Source of the DNA: Pseudobdellovibrionaceae bacterium
GTDB lineage: Bacteria > Bdellovibrionota > Bdellovibrionia > Bdellovibrionales > UBA1609
Direction: 5' to 3'
NCBI GenBank assembly: GCA_947444305.1
Contig: CANEZP010000001.1
Span: forward strand, 18,151-82,150
DNA length: 64,000 nt
The notes beneath the pieces are model-generated. The model saw nothing but the letters and a program-made list of their open reading frames with translations, was not told the DNA's origin and searched no databases. The position numbers and the translations under genes were made by a program. Below, one piece after another: positions 28,674 through 38,718 of the stretch (the stretch's first letter is position 1; every line of letters begins with the position of its first letter).

Positions 28674-29595
28674 TATCGAGCCAAATCAAACCGTCGATCG
28701 TGTTGAACTCTTCGTCTTTATTGAAAGCTAAGAAGCGCACGCCGAGCTCTAAATACAATTTGATGAGCTGGGGAATTTGCGCCCGCGGATTGCCTTCGGC
28801 CGCCCGCACGAATTCTTGCAACGCACCTAAATCCATCGAAGCGTTGAGCAACGAAGTCAAATCCTCGGGCGAAAGCGAAGATTGAAAAACCGGCGGGTTC
28901 AAAGACGACACGAGCTCACTCTTCTCGTGCGCGTAATTCTCCATCAGATAGGAAACCATCAGGTGTTTCGAATTTTCCTGAAACTCACCCGAGATCGAAA
29001 CTGGTCCCATCATCGAGCGGTAATGGGGATGTTTCATGATAAAGCGCGCGAACGCCATCCAGATGACGAGCAGGGTAGGTCCGCGCTGGTATTCGGGCCG
29101 CACGAAAGAACGCCCGGCCTCCAAAGTGCCTTCGCGAAAATCCGTATTCAGCAACGAATCTAAATTGAACAACGTGTTGGTGTACAAACCCTTGGGCCCG
29201 TGATTCTGCAAAATCAAATCGACGCGGCCGATACGGTACGCGCCGCTAACTTCCTGCTTGCCCTTGTCCCAGCCGATGAAATGATCGTAGTAAAGATCGA
29301 ATTGATCGGTGTCGCAGGCCAAGCCGGTACCTTCGCCGACGGTGCGAAAAGTTTCTTCGCGCAGGCGCCCGATCTCGAGCAAAAGATTAGGAATGTCGGC
29401 ACCGACCGCCCGGTAAACGCGCATACCCTTCGCATCACGATCGGGTGATGAATCGAACATGAGCTCACACCCGGCGAACTCGGCTAAAATTAACTCGCGC
29501 GCGACCGGGCCCGCGATGGGCGCCATGGGGCGAGCGGGCTTCGGGTGCATCGAAGGCATCTGCAATTTGCTTAAGACTTTTGGATCTAAATTCAT
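28582..29595 (-). CDS. GNAT-type N-acyltransferase, OlsB / hemolysin-like family
   Basis: 337 aa, with GAYRIGRVDLILQNHGPKGLYTNTLF and LEAGRSFVRPEYQ. Its 3' end overlaps the spoIID-like gene by 92 nt. Confidence 0.8.
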   Translation of the reverse strand: MNLDPKVLSKLQMPSMHPKPARPMAPIAGPVARELILAEFAGCELMFDSSPDRDAKGMRVYRAVGADIPNLLLEIGRLREETFRTVGEGTGLACDTDQFDLYYDHFIGWDKGKQEVSGAYRIGRVDLILQNHGPKGLYTNTLFNLDSLLNTDFREGTLEAGRSFVRPEYQRGPTLLVIWMAFARFIMKHPHYRSMMGPVSISGEFQENSKHLMVSYLMENYAHEKSELVSSLNPPVFQSSLSPEDLTSLLNASMDLGALQEFVRAAEGNPRAQIPQLIKLYLELGVRFLAFNKDEEFNTIDGLIWLDITQVPQSVGERYFGDGWPAYLAYHSSAPKA

Positions 29596-29817
29596 CGTTT
29601 ACAAAAGGGTTATTCAAAAGCGCGCTTCCCCGCAATTCTAAAGCGCACGGCCCGCCGCGCCGCGCCCAATTTCGGCGCAATTCCGGGGCTTCGACAGTGA
29701 AGCCACCGTCTCATTCTGAAACATGCACGCGAAACCGCGCTGATCCCCGGCGCTTACGAAAGGCAATTTCCGGGCACGCCGCTCGCATTTCTAATCGTCA
29801 ACGGAGAGCGAAAAGCC

Positions 29818-30471
29818 ATGAGAAACCAAATTCTTCTAGTAGCGATGTGCGGATTGATGACCTCGGCCTGCGCGAACCAGTGGCGTGACGGTGATGCCGG
29901 TGTTTCCGCCGAAGAAGTTCTCAGCATGCTCGGTGAAGTTTCAAGCGCCCAAGCGTCCTCCGCAACGGGCAGCGATCTGACCGGCGCGTTGGCTTTGAAA
30001 GATCAAGCGGGCGTTCGCATTTATTTCGCGCAAAGTAAGAACCAGAAAGATGCCCAGCAACGCAACATCGACCCGATGGGCCCCGTCGCGAGCATCTTGA
30101 GCCTCACTAATTTTGAATTCTTAGGCCGGCCCGGAGTAAGCTGGGCGGGACTCACCGTCGAAGGTATTCAGGAAGCCAGAGTTTTCTTTTTAGATGTCCC
30201 CAACGCGGACGGAACTCACTCCGCAGGCCTCATCGTGGGCATGCGCAAAGCCGAGGAGCAAGCGTTGACCTATGCCGGATTTACGGGCAGCGGATCGATG
30301 GGCGACTCCGAGTTCACGGTAACTTTCCCCGGTAAGCTCGTCTTGCGCACCAACGATGTTGAAAGCGGAGATCTGAGCGGCGTGATTCAAATGTTAGTTT
30401 GGGATCTCGATGAGAACGGCAACGAATACTACAACGGAAAATTTTCGACCCTCATCGGCTTTGGCGATTAA
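29818..30471 (+). CDS. lipoprotein, unknown function
   Basis: 217 aa. MRNQILLVAMCGLMTSAC contains a lipobox. Confidence 0.7.
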   Translation: MRNQILLVAMCGLMTSACANQWRDGDAGVSAEEVLSMLGEVSSAQASSATGSDLTGALALKDQAGVRIYFAQSKNQKDAQQRNIDPMGPVASILSLTNFEFLGRPGVSWAGLTVEGIQEARVFFLDVPNADGTHSAGLIVGMRKAEEQALTYAGFTGSGSMGDSEFTVTFPGKLVLRTNDVESGDLSGVIQMLVWDLDENGNEYYNGKFSTLIGFGD

Positions 30472-30513
30472 TTAGACTATTGCTTTTCTCGAATTTTTTA
30501 GAGCTAATAGGAC

Positions 30514-31395
30514 ATGGCTCTGAAAATGTGGGTCGACTTCTTCGAAGATTTGCAACACGTCCGCGGAAGATCGCAGAATACGGTCATGGCTTATCGCCGA
30601 GACTTAGAACTCTACGAAGAATTCCAGCAAAGTTCTCGCGAAATCGGCCGCTTCTACGAATTCATGAAATCCAAGCAGCTTTCCACGCGCAGCCAAGCGC
30701 GGGTTATCTCTTCCTTACGTACTTACTTCCGATTTTTAGAATCGCACGGCGACAAAGTGCCTGAGTTGCGTGAACTTCGCCCGCCGAAGGTGAAGCCGGG
30801 CTTGCCCAAACCTTTGACCGTGACCGATTTCCACCGTTTGGTCGAAGCCAGTCACGTCGAAGATGTGTACCGGAGCGCGCGCAATCAACTCACGCTCATG
30901 TTGCTGTTCGGACTCGGTTGCCGGGTGAGTGAGCTGACCGGTTTGGATTTGCACGACTACAGCCCCACGGACAATTGGCTCAAAGTCGTCGGCAAGGGCG
31001 GCAAAGAACGTTTGGTGCCCTTATCGAGCAACTTGAACGAAGAGCTGCGCATTTACATTCGCGACGTGCGGCCGCATCTCGCCAAGAATGAAGAAAAAGC
31101 GATTCTGATCAACGACCGTGGCCACAGGCCTTCGCGCGTCGATGTTTGGCGCTGGCTGGCCGCGTGGTCCGCGCGCGCAGGGTTCGAAGAGCCGATCGGG
31201 CCGCATCAATTTCGTCACGGTTGCGCGACCGCGCTGCTCGAAAGCGGAGCCGACTTACGGACCATTCAAGTTTTGCTCGGGCACTCGTCTTTACAAACCA
31301 CGCAAATCTACACGAGCGTCACGGCGCACAAATTAAAGGATGAGGTCGATAAGAATCATCCGCTCTCCGGAATTCGGTCGCTCGACGACGTCTAA
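30514..31395 (+). CDS. tyrosine recombinase, XerC/XerD family
   Basis: 293 aa, with an N-terminal SAM-like domain. Catalytic region: GCRVSEL, HQFRHGCATALL, LLGHSSLQTTQIYTSV. Confidence 0.9.
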   Translation: MALKMWVDFFEDLQHVRGRSQNTVMAYRRDLELYEEFQQSSREIGRFYEFMKSKQLSTRSQARVISSLRTYFRFLESHGDKVPELRELRPPKVKPGLPKPLTVTDFHRLVEASHVEDVYRSARNQLTLMLLFGLGCRVSELTGLDLHDYSPTDNWLKVVGKGGKERLVPLSSNLNEELRIYIRDVRPHLAKNEEKAILINDRGHRPSRVDVWRWLAAWSARAGFEEPIGPHQFRHGCATALLESGADLRTIQVLLGHSSLQTTQIYTSVTAHKLKDEVDKNHPLSGIRSLDDV

Positions 31396-31447
31396 AGTTC
31401 TTCTTTAAGTTTTGGCCCCGCGCCCACGCTTGCAAAGGCTCGCGGGC

Positions 31448-32845
31448 ATGACGATCAAAACTTTATTTCAGCAAAACGGCAAAATAGAACCCGGCTTCGT
31501 CGACGTAAAGTTGCTGCCGGGTATTCCGCAGCTTCACATCGTCGGCTTGCCCGATGCTTCGATTCGCGAGTGCGGCATCAAACTGAAAAGCGCGATGCGC
31601 TCGCTCGGTCTTGAGTGGCCCACCGGTCAACAGATCGTGGTGTCGCTGCGCCCGATGGACTTCCGCAAGGGTGGCTCGGGGGCCGAGCTCGCGATCGCGC
31701 TGGCTTACCTGGCCGTCACCGGGCAGTTGTCCGAGCCGATGCGCGAAGCGCTGCCGGGGCTGATCGTCTACGGCGAGGTCACGCTCGGTGGTGAAGTGTT
31801 CGCGCCGGCGGACCTCGCGCAGGTCATGCAAGCCGCGACCTCCCCCGTATTGACGGGAACACTGCAATCCCCGGTGCGCGAGGGACGATGGTTAGAAATC
31901 AAGACGCTTCATCAGCTTGTACCGGAACGAAAGCACCAAATTTTCGACTGGCCGGCCTATTGGCGTAGGCCGGCGGTTCCTAAGTTAGAATTGCACGAGT
32001 CCGCGGCTCGCCATCTGATGCTCGCGCTGCACATGAAATTGAACGTACTCCTCGCGGGGCCGCAAGGTTCGGGCAAAACCACTTGGGCGCGGCTGTTGCA
32101 CTCTCTTAGCGATCCGCCCGATTCGCTGCGCTTGGTTGAGTCCGCGCAATATTTCGGCGACGAAATTTTTGAATCGGCGTGGCGTCCGTTAGAACAGCCT
32201 CACCACACGATCACGCCCCAGGCGATGATCGGCGGTGGTTTGCCGCTCGAACCCGGCGTGATCACGCGCGCGCACGGCGGCGTTCTTATCATGGACGAAT
32301 TTCTGCATTTCCATCCGCAAGTGCTCGAAGCCTTGCGCGAGCCCATCGAAAGCGGTTTCATCGATCTCGCGCGCAAGGGAACGCGTGAGAAATTTCCGGC
32401 CGACTTCCAGCTGATCGCGACGACGAATCTTTGCCCCTGCGGCAAACTCAATCCGGCGGCGATAAAAAAAGAAGACTGCAATTACAATCTGATCCGTTGC
32501 AAGTCGACGACCATGAGGCTGAGCGGGCCGCTGCTCGACCGCTTCGATTTGTTATCGCTGACCCACGAGTGGCTGAAGCGCGGCGAAAAAGTGTCTTTGC
32601 CCGAGGTCGTTGACCGCGTGGCGGAAGCTCGCGACTTCGCGCGTAGCCGCACCGAAGAACCCGAAGAACTGCCCGAATGGACCGAAGACTTCGCGCTGAG
32701 CCACCGGCGGCGGCGTTCGATGGCCCGGGTCGCGCGCGGGTTGGCCGACCTTGAAGGCAGCGAGAAGATCTACGGCCGCCACACGCAAGAAGCTTTCGCT
32801 TTAGTCGTCACGCCGATGCACAAGCTTCGCGAAATTTTCGCTTAA
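31448..32845 (+). CDS. YifB/ComM-family Mg-chelatase-like AAA+ ATPase
   Basis: ATG 31448. It has a Lon-protease-like N-domain, Walker A LLAGPQGSGKTT, Walker B GVLIMDEF and a cysteine cluster CPCGKL..C. Confidence 0.88.
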   Translation: MTIKTLFQQNGKIEPGFVDVKLLPGIPQLHIVGLPDASIRECGIKLKSAMRSLGLEWPTGQQIVVSLRPMDFRKGGSGAELAIALAYLAVTGQLSEPMREALPGLIVYGEVTLGGEVFAPADLAQVMQAATSPVLTGTLQSPVREGRWLEIKTLHQLVPERKHQIFDWPAYWRRPAVPKLELHESAARHLMLALHMKLNVLLAGPQGSGKTTWARLLHSLSDPPDSLRLVESAQYFGDEIFESAWRPLEQPHHTITPQAMIGGGLPLEPGVITRAHGGVLIMDEFLHFHPQVLEALREPIESGFIDLARKGTREKFPADFQLIATTNLCPCGKLNPAAIKKEDCNYNLIRCKSTTMRLSGPLLDRFDLLSLTHEWLKRGEKVSLPEVVDRVAEARDFARSRTEEPEELPEWTEDFALSHRRRRSMARVARGLADLEGSEKIYGRHTQEAFALVVTPMHKLREIFA

Positions 32846-32857
32846 GGCTGCGGCCAG

Positions 32858-33745
32858 CTACTTGCCCCGCAGCCGCTCGCTCAGTTCATCGATGCGTTTG
32901 GCGATGTTTTTATAAAAGTCGTAACGGCCCAGCACGTAGCGCAAGATATAGCGGTCGATCCAGTGCAGGAGCGGCATGCCTAAGAATAAAACGAAGAACA
33001 CGCCGGCCAGCAGCAGCACGACTTTTTGCGTGCCCGTTTCATCGCCCGAGAAAAACAGGCCCGGCGTATTCATGCCGAAAAAACCGACGATCAAATTCAA
33101 AGGCAAAAAGATCCCCGAGATGACGGTCAACGTGAGCAAGGTTTTGTTCAACCGGTCACTCTTTATCGAGTCGTAATAGTGGTGCACGCCGTCCAGCCGT
33201 GATTTCAATGTGTTGATGTTCGAAGATTGGAATTGGATCCCGTCTTCGATGTCTTTAAATTCATCCTGCAGATCACCGAACAACGAATGCGATTTGCGCA
33301 AGAACTCGTGGTAGACGATGCCGTTCCGGTAATAATAATTTTCGAGTTTTGACAGATCCTTTTTCAAGTCGAACCACAGATCCATGAACACGCGCGTGAT
33401 GTTACGATCGAACAAATCATCTTCGAGCGCTTCGATCTGCCCCGAGTAAGCGGTGATGATCTTCTGGTTGTTGCGATAGTACTTGTCGAGCAAGCCGACC
33501 AGCTCAGCAAAGCCGTTCTCCAGCCGCACGAACGACTGCGCATCCCGGTCGAAGTAGAAAACTTCTTTCTCTTTAAGCAGAAAAGCTTCCGAGCGAAACT
33601 CGAGCCGGTCGTGCATGAACTCCATGCGCCGGAGCAGCAGCGTTTTAAAATCGGTATAGTCCTCGAACGTCGAATAAGGTTCGGGAATGCTCAGCATCTC
33701 CTGAATTTCATCGATGTTGTGCGAGATGAGTTCGTTCAGTTTCAT
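32858..33745 (-). CDS. CorA-family divalent-cation channel
   Basis: 295 aa, with two C-terminal TM helices and VGFFGMNTPG (GMN motif). Confidence 0.85.
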   Translation of the reverse strand: MKLNELISHNIDEIQEMLSIPEPYSTFEDYTDFKTLLLRRMEFMHDRLEFRSEAFLLKEKEVFYFDRDAQSFVRLENGFAELVGLLDKYYRNNQKIITAYSGQIEALEDDLFDRNITRVFMDLWFDLKKDLSKLENYYYRNGIVYHEFLRKSHSLFGDLQDEFKDIEDGIQFQSSNINTLKSRLDGVHHYYDSIKSDRLNKTLLTLTVISGIFLPLNLIVGFFGMNTPGLFFSGDETGTQKVVLLLAGVFFVLFLGMPLLHWIDRYILRYVLGRYDFYKNIAKRIDELSERLRGK

Positions 33746-33891
33746 GGATCACTCCGGCCCGTGACTTAAGCGCCCATTATCCCGAGCGCGGATCGGGGCG
33801 GGAAGCTGAATGCACGCCATTAGCGCGCGGAGTCAAAGTCCTCGCGGTTGTCTTTCGGGCAGAATTCTGTTTGATTGGGGATTCGATATCA

Positions 33892-33965
33892 GGTGGCGTA
33901 GCCAAGTGGCCAGGCACCGCTCTGCAAAAGCGGCTACAGCAGTTCGAATCTGCTCGCCACCTCCA
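33892..33965 (+). tRNA. tRNA-Cys: tRNA-Cys (anticodon GCA), CCA encoded
   Basis: Folded by hand into a cloverleaf. Acceptor GGTGGCG/CGCCACC; anticodon stem CCGCT/AGCGG with loop CTGCAAA; T arm AGCAG-TTCGAAT-CTGCT; discriminator T then CCA. 74 nt. Confidence 0.93.
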
Positions 33966-34086
33966 ACTTCCTAATCACTTCATCTGCTTCGTTGGCTGTC
34001 GCCGCCCGCTTGTGCGGCGTGGGCGGGCCACGCCTCCGCGCGGGCGGCTCGGCCGCCTCGCAGCTCAAGCGATTAGAAAGTTGGAG
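33961..34086. repeat. 16-nt inverted repeat (1 mismatch) bracketing a ~95-nt GC-rich segment; the left arm includes the tRNA 3' end
   Basis: ctccaacttcctaatc (33961-33976) pairs with gattagaaagttggag (34071-34086). Imperfect direct repeats gggcgg(g)ctcggc(c/t)gc...ct(c)gc start near 34043 and 34100. Confidence 0.7.
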
Positions 34087-34259
34087 AGATCTGGGTGGGC
34101 GGGCTCGGCTGCGCCTGCGCGGTGGGCTGGGCTTCGCCTGCGCTGAGGTGGTTTCGCTTCCCTAAAACTTAGAAGAAACGCTCATCTAAAAAGGCGCATT
34201 TTTGCTTGTCGCTGTCTAAAGTTTGATGGCCGCGGACGTTTTCTGGTGGCCGGTAGGGC

Positions 34260-35399
34260 ATGGCTCTCGCAGTACTCTTCTTGATGTGGATTCTCTGGTT
34301 CGTGCTATTTTTGACCCCGCCGGTCTTGGCGGCGCCCCTTTGCGAGCCCGTGATCGACTCTCAGAATCCACGTCGCGTAGACATACAGTTTCCCAACAAG
34401 ATCGTTTCGGTTGTGGGTCATCAACATCCCAAACGTAACGGCGTTGGCGAAGCGGAGGGTTTGGAGATAGCTCTTGGTAATCTTATTTCCGGTGCAACCA
34501 AGATCGAGACGCCCAAGGAAATTAGACAAGCCCGCGAACGTTTGAATCAACTCTTAAAACGAGACGCGCCCGCGGTTCGACATTGGCGTGAAGACCTCAA
34601 AACGCTCGAGCAAGCTGTATCAGAAAATAAGGTGATGTTCGGCTTCATCGAAATTAAGCGCGAATTTCTGACTAAGCTAATTCCCGCGGCACCGTATTTC
34701 GTGAGTCGAGGCCCTGAGATTTTGCAGAAATTAGGTTTCACCCCGCAACAGGCGGAAGAACTCGTTATGATTTCGCTTTCGCCCGCTCTCTATTATCAAG
34801 CCAAGCATTCCGAAACTCCGTTTTGGGCCTCAACCGCCGAACCTTCGGATATGGAAGATGAGGTCTACACAAAGAACAATTGTCCCCCGCGAAAAGACGC
34901 CGATGCGGATTTGCAACTAGTGGCGGAAGAACTCTTTGCGAAGCTCAAGCAACGCGGATTGTCCGAGAAAACAATCGCGAATCGTTTCGCATTGGGCATG
35001 AAAGCGTTCGGTGCGAAGTTCGAAAAAGACATCGGGGGCGAACTTCGGGCGGAGAATGGGCAGCGGCTATTCCTCAACGGCGCGGGAATGACTTTCACTA
35101 GCGATGAGAAACAAATCGTTCACAAGTTTTTCAATAAATTTTTTGAGGACCGTCCCCGCGGACTCAACATCAAATCGTTAGAGCGGGACCTAGCGGCCAA
35201 CATTAAGAATTATCGGGGTTGTTGGGGAAGGGACGCGCTCATGGCGCGCAATCAAGCGCGTGGATACGGAAACTCCATTTTGTTTGTCGGCATCGGTCAC
35301 TTGGCTCCCCAGGCCGCGCTGCTCAAACGTGAGTGCCTAAACCAGCTTCGATCGCTGGATTCAAAAGAGCCCGCCGCGATCTCCACGGTCGCTCGCTAA
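34260..35399 (+). CDS. secreted hypothetical protein (weak Tiki/TraB/ChaN-like motifs)
   Basis: 379 aa, with a hydrophobic leader ending VLAAP. VVGHQHP near the N-terminus and ILFVGIGHLAP near the C-terminus resemble the paired His motifs of that superfamily. The functional call is low confidence. Confidence 0.65.
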   Translation: MALAVLFLMWILWFVLFLTPPVLAAPLCEPVIDSQNPRRVDIQFPNKIVSVVGHQHPKRNGVGEAEGLEIALGNLISGATKIETPKEIRQARERLNQLLKRDAPAVRHWREDLKTLEQAVSENKVMFGFIEIKREFLTKLIPAAPYFVSRGPEILQKLGFTPQQAEELVMISLSPALYYQAKHSETPFWASTAEPSDMEDEVYTKNNCPPRKDADADLQLVAEELFAKLKQRGLSEKTIANRFALGMKAFGAKFEKDIGGELRAENGQRLFLNGAGMTFTSDEKQIVHKFFNKFFEDRPRGLNIKSLERDLAANIKNYRGCWGRDALMARNQARGYGNSILFVGIGHLAPQAALLKRECLNQLRSLDSKEPAAISTVAR

Positions 35400-35549
35400 A
35401 CGAGGCACCCCGGAATGAGACGCTGGTTGATTTTGGGCGCGCTTCCTAAGCACTCGAAAGCCTTGCGGATCTTTCTAAAGAATTCTTGATTACAGACCTT
35501 CGTCCAAGTGTCGAAGAGTGTAGTGGGCCATTGGCCGGGGGATTCACAA

Positions 35550-36884
35550 ATGCACTCGCGTAAACTGATTCGGAACGTTTTTTCGTTGTTCGCCGCGATT
35601 TCGGTAGTCGGCTTAACCGCTTGTACTCAAAGTAATACGGAGAGCGCCGACCTCACGAGTAGTGAGCCGACAGGCGACGGACGCGTGAGATCCGTGAACC
35701 AAGTACTTCACGTCGACACGAGCGGCGTTGCGGATATGGCGATCAACTCGGTGAATGATCCTAACCTGGTTCATTCTTCAAATCTCGGATGCACGCTTCT
35801 GTGCTTCACGCCCGGCGTGACTCTCAAAGGTACGATCGCGCCGCCCATCGTGAACTCCGTCAGTCTGCAAGCGAGTGACATCACCGTGAACGGCAGCGAC
35901 GTTTACATCGGTTACAACACCGCCGGCACGGTCGAAGCCGGCGGCGTAGACGTGATCGGCATCGGGAGCGGAGGCGCGCCCACTCTAAAAGCGTCAACGA
36001 CATTCGCCGACACAGATATCAATAAACTCTTCGTCGACTCCGCAAATTCGAAACTCTACGCCGTTGGTAACACGTCGTCGGGTGAGACGGGCGCGATCCT
36101 TTATCGTTTTGGCTTGGACGTGACGGGTGGTTTGGATGCCTCGCCCGAATCAAAAGTTCTTCGCAGCGCCGCCGACGCAGACGTTCCGGCGCACACCGGA
36201 ACCGGCGTCATCAAAGCCGGCGGCTACGTTTACGCGGTCACCGGAATGAACGGGGGCTTGTCGGTTCTCAACGCCGCCGATCTTTCCTCGGCGGCTTTCA
36301 CCGCGGTTGAAAATGCGCGCGATATTACCTTAGGAATAGCCAACGACGTCCTCGTCGTCTCCGGTCAGACTTCGCTGGCAAGCGCGAAAGTCGGTTCGTA
36401 CTCGGTCGCTACGGGTGCTGCGGTCAACGACACGATGTCGACCTTCTCCGGTTCAACGATTGATAGCGGTAAATCTACTATCTTCGCGGGCACGAACGGC
36501 TACGTCGCCACCGGCGGGGAAGGTGGAACAAAATTTGTTTGCTACAACGGAACCAGCATCGGCAGCATGCCGATCCCGACGGGCCTCGGCCTCGCTAGCT
36601 CGGAAGTCGCCGCGAACGCCGTGACCTTCGGTAACGGAATTATCTACGTCGCCCAAGGCGGCGCCGGCGTCTACATGTACGCCATCGGCCAGCCTCTATT
36701 GAATCTCGCCGGCTGTAACGGTTTTCAAGTGAACTACGTGGGCCGCTTCGCGCTGACCGGACGTCAATCCGCGAACAACGTTTACTACAGCAACGGCTAC
36801 TTGGTCGTCGCGACCGGTAACGGTGGCTTCCAGATTATCGAAGTAACCCAGGGCGTGGTCGCCGGTCTGCTTTCTATTCTGTAG
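35550..36884 (+). CDS. lipoprotein, beta-propeller-like (LVIVD-type repeats)
   Basis: ATG 35550. MHSRKLIRNVFSLFAAISVVGLTAC contains a lipobox. Recurrent segments include YVYAVTGMNGGLSVLN and GYLVVATGNGGFQIIEV. Confidence 0.7.
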   Translation: MHSRKLIRNVFSLFAAISVVGLTACTQSNTESADLTSSEPTGDGRVRSVNQVLHVDTSGVADMAINSVNDPNLVHSSNLGCTLLCFTPGVTLKGTIAPPIVNSVSLQASDITVNGSDVYIGYNTAGTVEAGGVDVIGIGSGGAPTLKASTTFADTDINKLFVDSANSKLYAVGNTSSGETGAILYRFGLDVTGGLDASPESKVLRSAADADVPAHTGTGVIKAGGYVYAVTGMNGGLSVLNAADLSSAAFTAVENARDITLGIANDVLVVSGQTSLASAKVGSYSVATGAAVNDTMSTFSGSTIDSGKSTIFAGTNGYVATGGEGGTKFVCYNGTSIGSMPIPTGLGLASSEVAANAVTFGNGIIYVAQGGAGVYMYAIGQPLLNLAGCNGFQVNYVGRFALTGRQSANNVYYSNGYLVVATGNGGFQIIEVTQGVVAGLLSIL

Positions 36885-36963
36885 TCGCAACCTGGCCAAG
36901 CGAGGGCGGGCATAGATCCTGTAGTCCTATAACTCCGTAAGCCGTTTAGGTTTGGGAGTGAAT

Positions 36964-38718
36964 ATGAACAAGATCAATGCCCGTGCATCGAATTTAGCTA
37001 CTATCTGTCTAACAATTATCGGCACGGTACTGGCGCAGCCCGTATTCGCGGCTACGCTTCAGCAATGCATAGCGGACGTCTGTAAGGAAAAGGCCCCCGC
37101 CGTCGGCATTGGATCGTTTTTGGCGCTCGAAAATAAGATCCATCCGGGACTGGAAGAATTTTACCGGCGCTACCAAAGCACGCTCAATCAAATCCGTATC
37201 GCAAGGGAGAAGCAGGTTCGTGAATCCGTGCAGGTGCTCGGCGAAACGCAGAAGATAACGGAGTCCATTCGTCGCATGTCCGATCAGGACTTGATGTCGT
37301 TATTCGTTGAGCGACAGCCTTGGAATTTAGGTACGGATAGAATCAACGGACGTTACGTCGTGGCCTGCAAGCCTCTCTCGGCCGATGCGCACATCGGCTC
37401 GGTGATCAAAGCTTTATTCCCGCGCCTGCTGACCGCAAGCTCGCTCTACGCTGCGCAATTGAAAATGAGTCAACTCAATGCCGAACCGCGCGCGGCGCTG
37501 AATCTGGTTGATGGACAAAAAACAGACTTATTTGTCTTGAACGAAATTAAAAGGAACATCGCAAAGCTGTTGCCGGCAGAGCGTGCCGTTTACACCCAAA
37601 AATTAAATCAACAGTTAGCTCAGTTTGAAAATTTCAAAGTTCAGTATGGCGAAAAACTTTATCTGTTTCTCGGAGAGCTGGATTTGGAAGTTCAAATTAA
37701 ACTCGGACGCGTGACGTTTCAAGACGGCGAACGCGCGACGATTGAACAACTCATGATTAGCGATATTCCCGGGGTGATTCATAATCGCCAAAAGGGTATC
37801 GCCGCCATCGATCAAATCTATTCGCCCGCAAAATGGGAGAAGACTTGTCGCTCGGCTTATAACAGGACTCTTCATTACGGACTTACCCCTGCCGAAAAGG
37901 ACCTGGTCGAGAACGTAATGAAACCCGAAGCTTTGCGTCGCTCTGAGATTACGTTCCGTCATCTTTTCGGGCCTGAGCTCACGTCCGAAATTATGACTTA
38001 CGTTCGGACGATGCAGATTTCGGCCCCGATGAGTTTGCCGGAGTATATTCAAATGATCGAGCAAAATATGAGTAGGGCCTTGGCGATGGCAAAGCGAACG
38101 GACTTAAGCCTGCTCGATCATTACCATATGGTGAATGGTCTCGGAAACGACAAGGATGGCGCGCTAGAGGGCTTGTGTAACGGCTGGATCTTTGATCCGG
38201 CACGTGACTCAGTCTCTGGTAACCACGTGATTCTGAGTAGTTATTCGGCAAAAAATTACGGCGTGGGAATTTCCATTTCTGTTCATGAAATAGCGCACGC
38301 GGCGAGCGTAGCTTTGGATCTTCTGAAGCACCGCGGAGTTTCGATCACACCGTACGAAGATATACGAACCTGCATATCGAAGAATTACGAAGCGTCATCG
38401 CGCAAAGCCGAGTATGACCACAGTCGGTTCAACGCGGATAAACTTTGGACGGAAGAAGATTGGGCCGATGCTTTCGCCGGTTACGCCATCCGTGATTTAA
38501 ATATAATCGATATGTGCGGTATTTTGGGCGCGGCTCCTGAATTAGACTACGTCAAATTGAAGGATCGGAAGACCGATACGCACTCGCCGACTTTCTACCG
38601 CATTCTCAACATCGACATGCATCAGGGGGGCCGGGGCGCCGATCAATGTCGGGAACCTTTGAAAAATCACCTAGAGGAAACGAACTTCAAAGACTGCATC
38701 TCGCCCCTTATCCGATAA
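36964..38718 (+). CDS. secreted protein with an HExxH zinc-metallopeptidase motif
   Basis: 584 aa, with a signal peptide ending PVFAA and ISVHEIAHAAS in the C-terminal third. I recognise no family otherwise. Confidence 0.68.
   Translation: MNKINARASNLATICLTIIGTVLAQPVFAATLQQCIADVCKEKAPAVGIGSFLALENKIHPGLEEFYRRYQSTLNQIRIAREKQVRESVQVLGETQKITESIRRMSDQDLMSLFVERQPWNLGTDRINGRYVVACKPLSADAHIGSVIKALFPRLLTASSLYAAQLKMSQLNAEPRAALNLVDGQKTDLFVLNEIKRNIAKLLPAERAVYTQKLNQQLAQFENFKVQYGEKLYLFLGELDLEVQIKLGRVTFQDGERATIEQLMISDIPGVIHNRQKGIAAIDQIYSPAKWEKTCRSAYNRTLHYGLTPAEKDLVENVMKPEALRRSEITFRHLFGPELTSEIMTYVRTMQISAPMSLPEYIQMIEQNMSRALAMAKRTDLSLLDHYHMVNGLGNDKDGALEGLCNGWIFDPARDSVSGNHVILSSYSAKNYGVGISISVHEIAHAASVALDLLKHRGVSITPYEDIRTCISKNYEASSRKAEYDHSRFNADKLWTEEDWADAFAGYAIRDLNIIDMCGILGAAPELDYVKLKDRKTDTHSPTFYRILNIDMHQGGRGADQCREPLKNHLEETNFKDCISPLIR

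Noticed and set aside
30514-31395. Tyrosine recombinase as the integrase of a tRNA-Cys island
   Set aside because: At 293 aa it has a typical XerC/XerD layout. It lies upstream of the tRNA and is separated from it by the comM-type and CorA-family genes. No direct repeat of the tRNA 3' end was found in the intergenic regions I scanned.
33871-34146. 91-aa ORF downstream of the CorA-family gene
   Set aside because: It runs straight through the tRNA-Cys gene and the GC-rich repeat region, and its peptide is Arg/Gly/Ala-rich junk.
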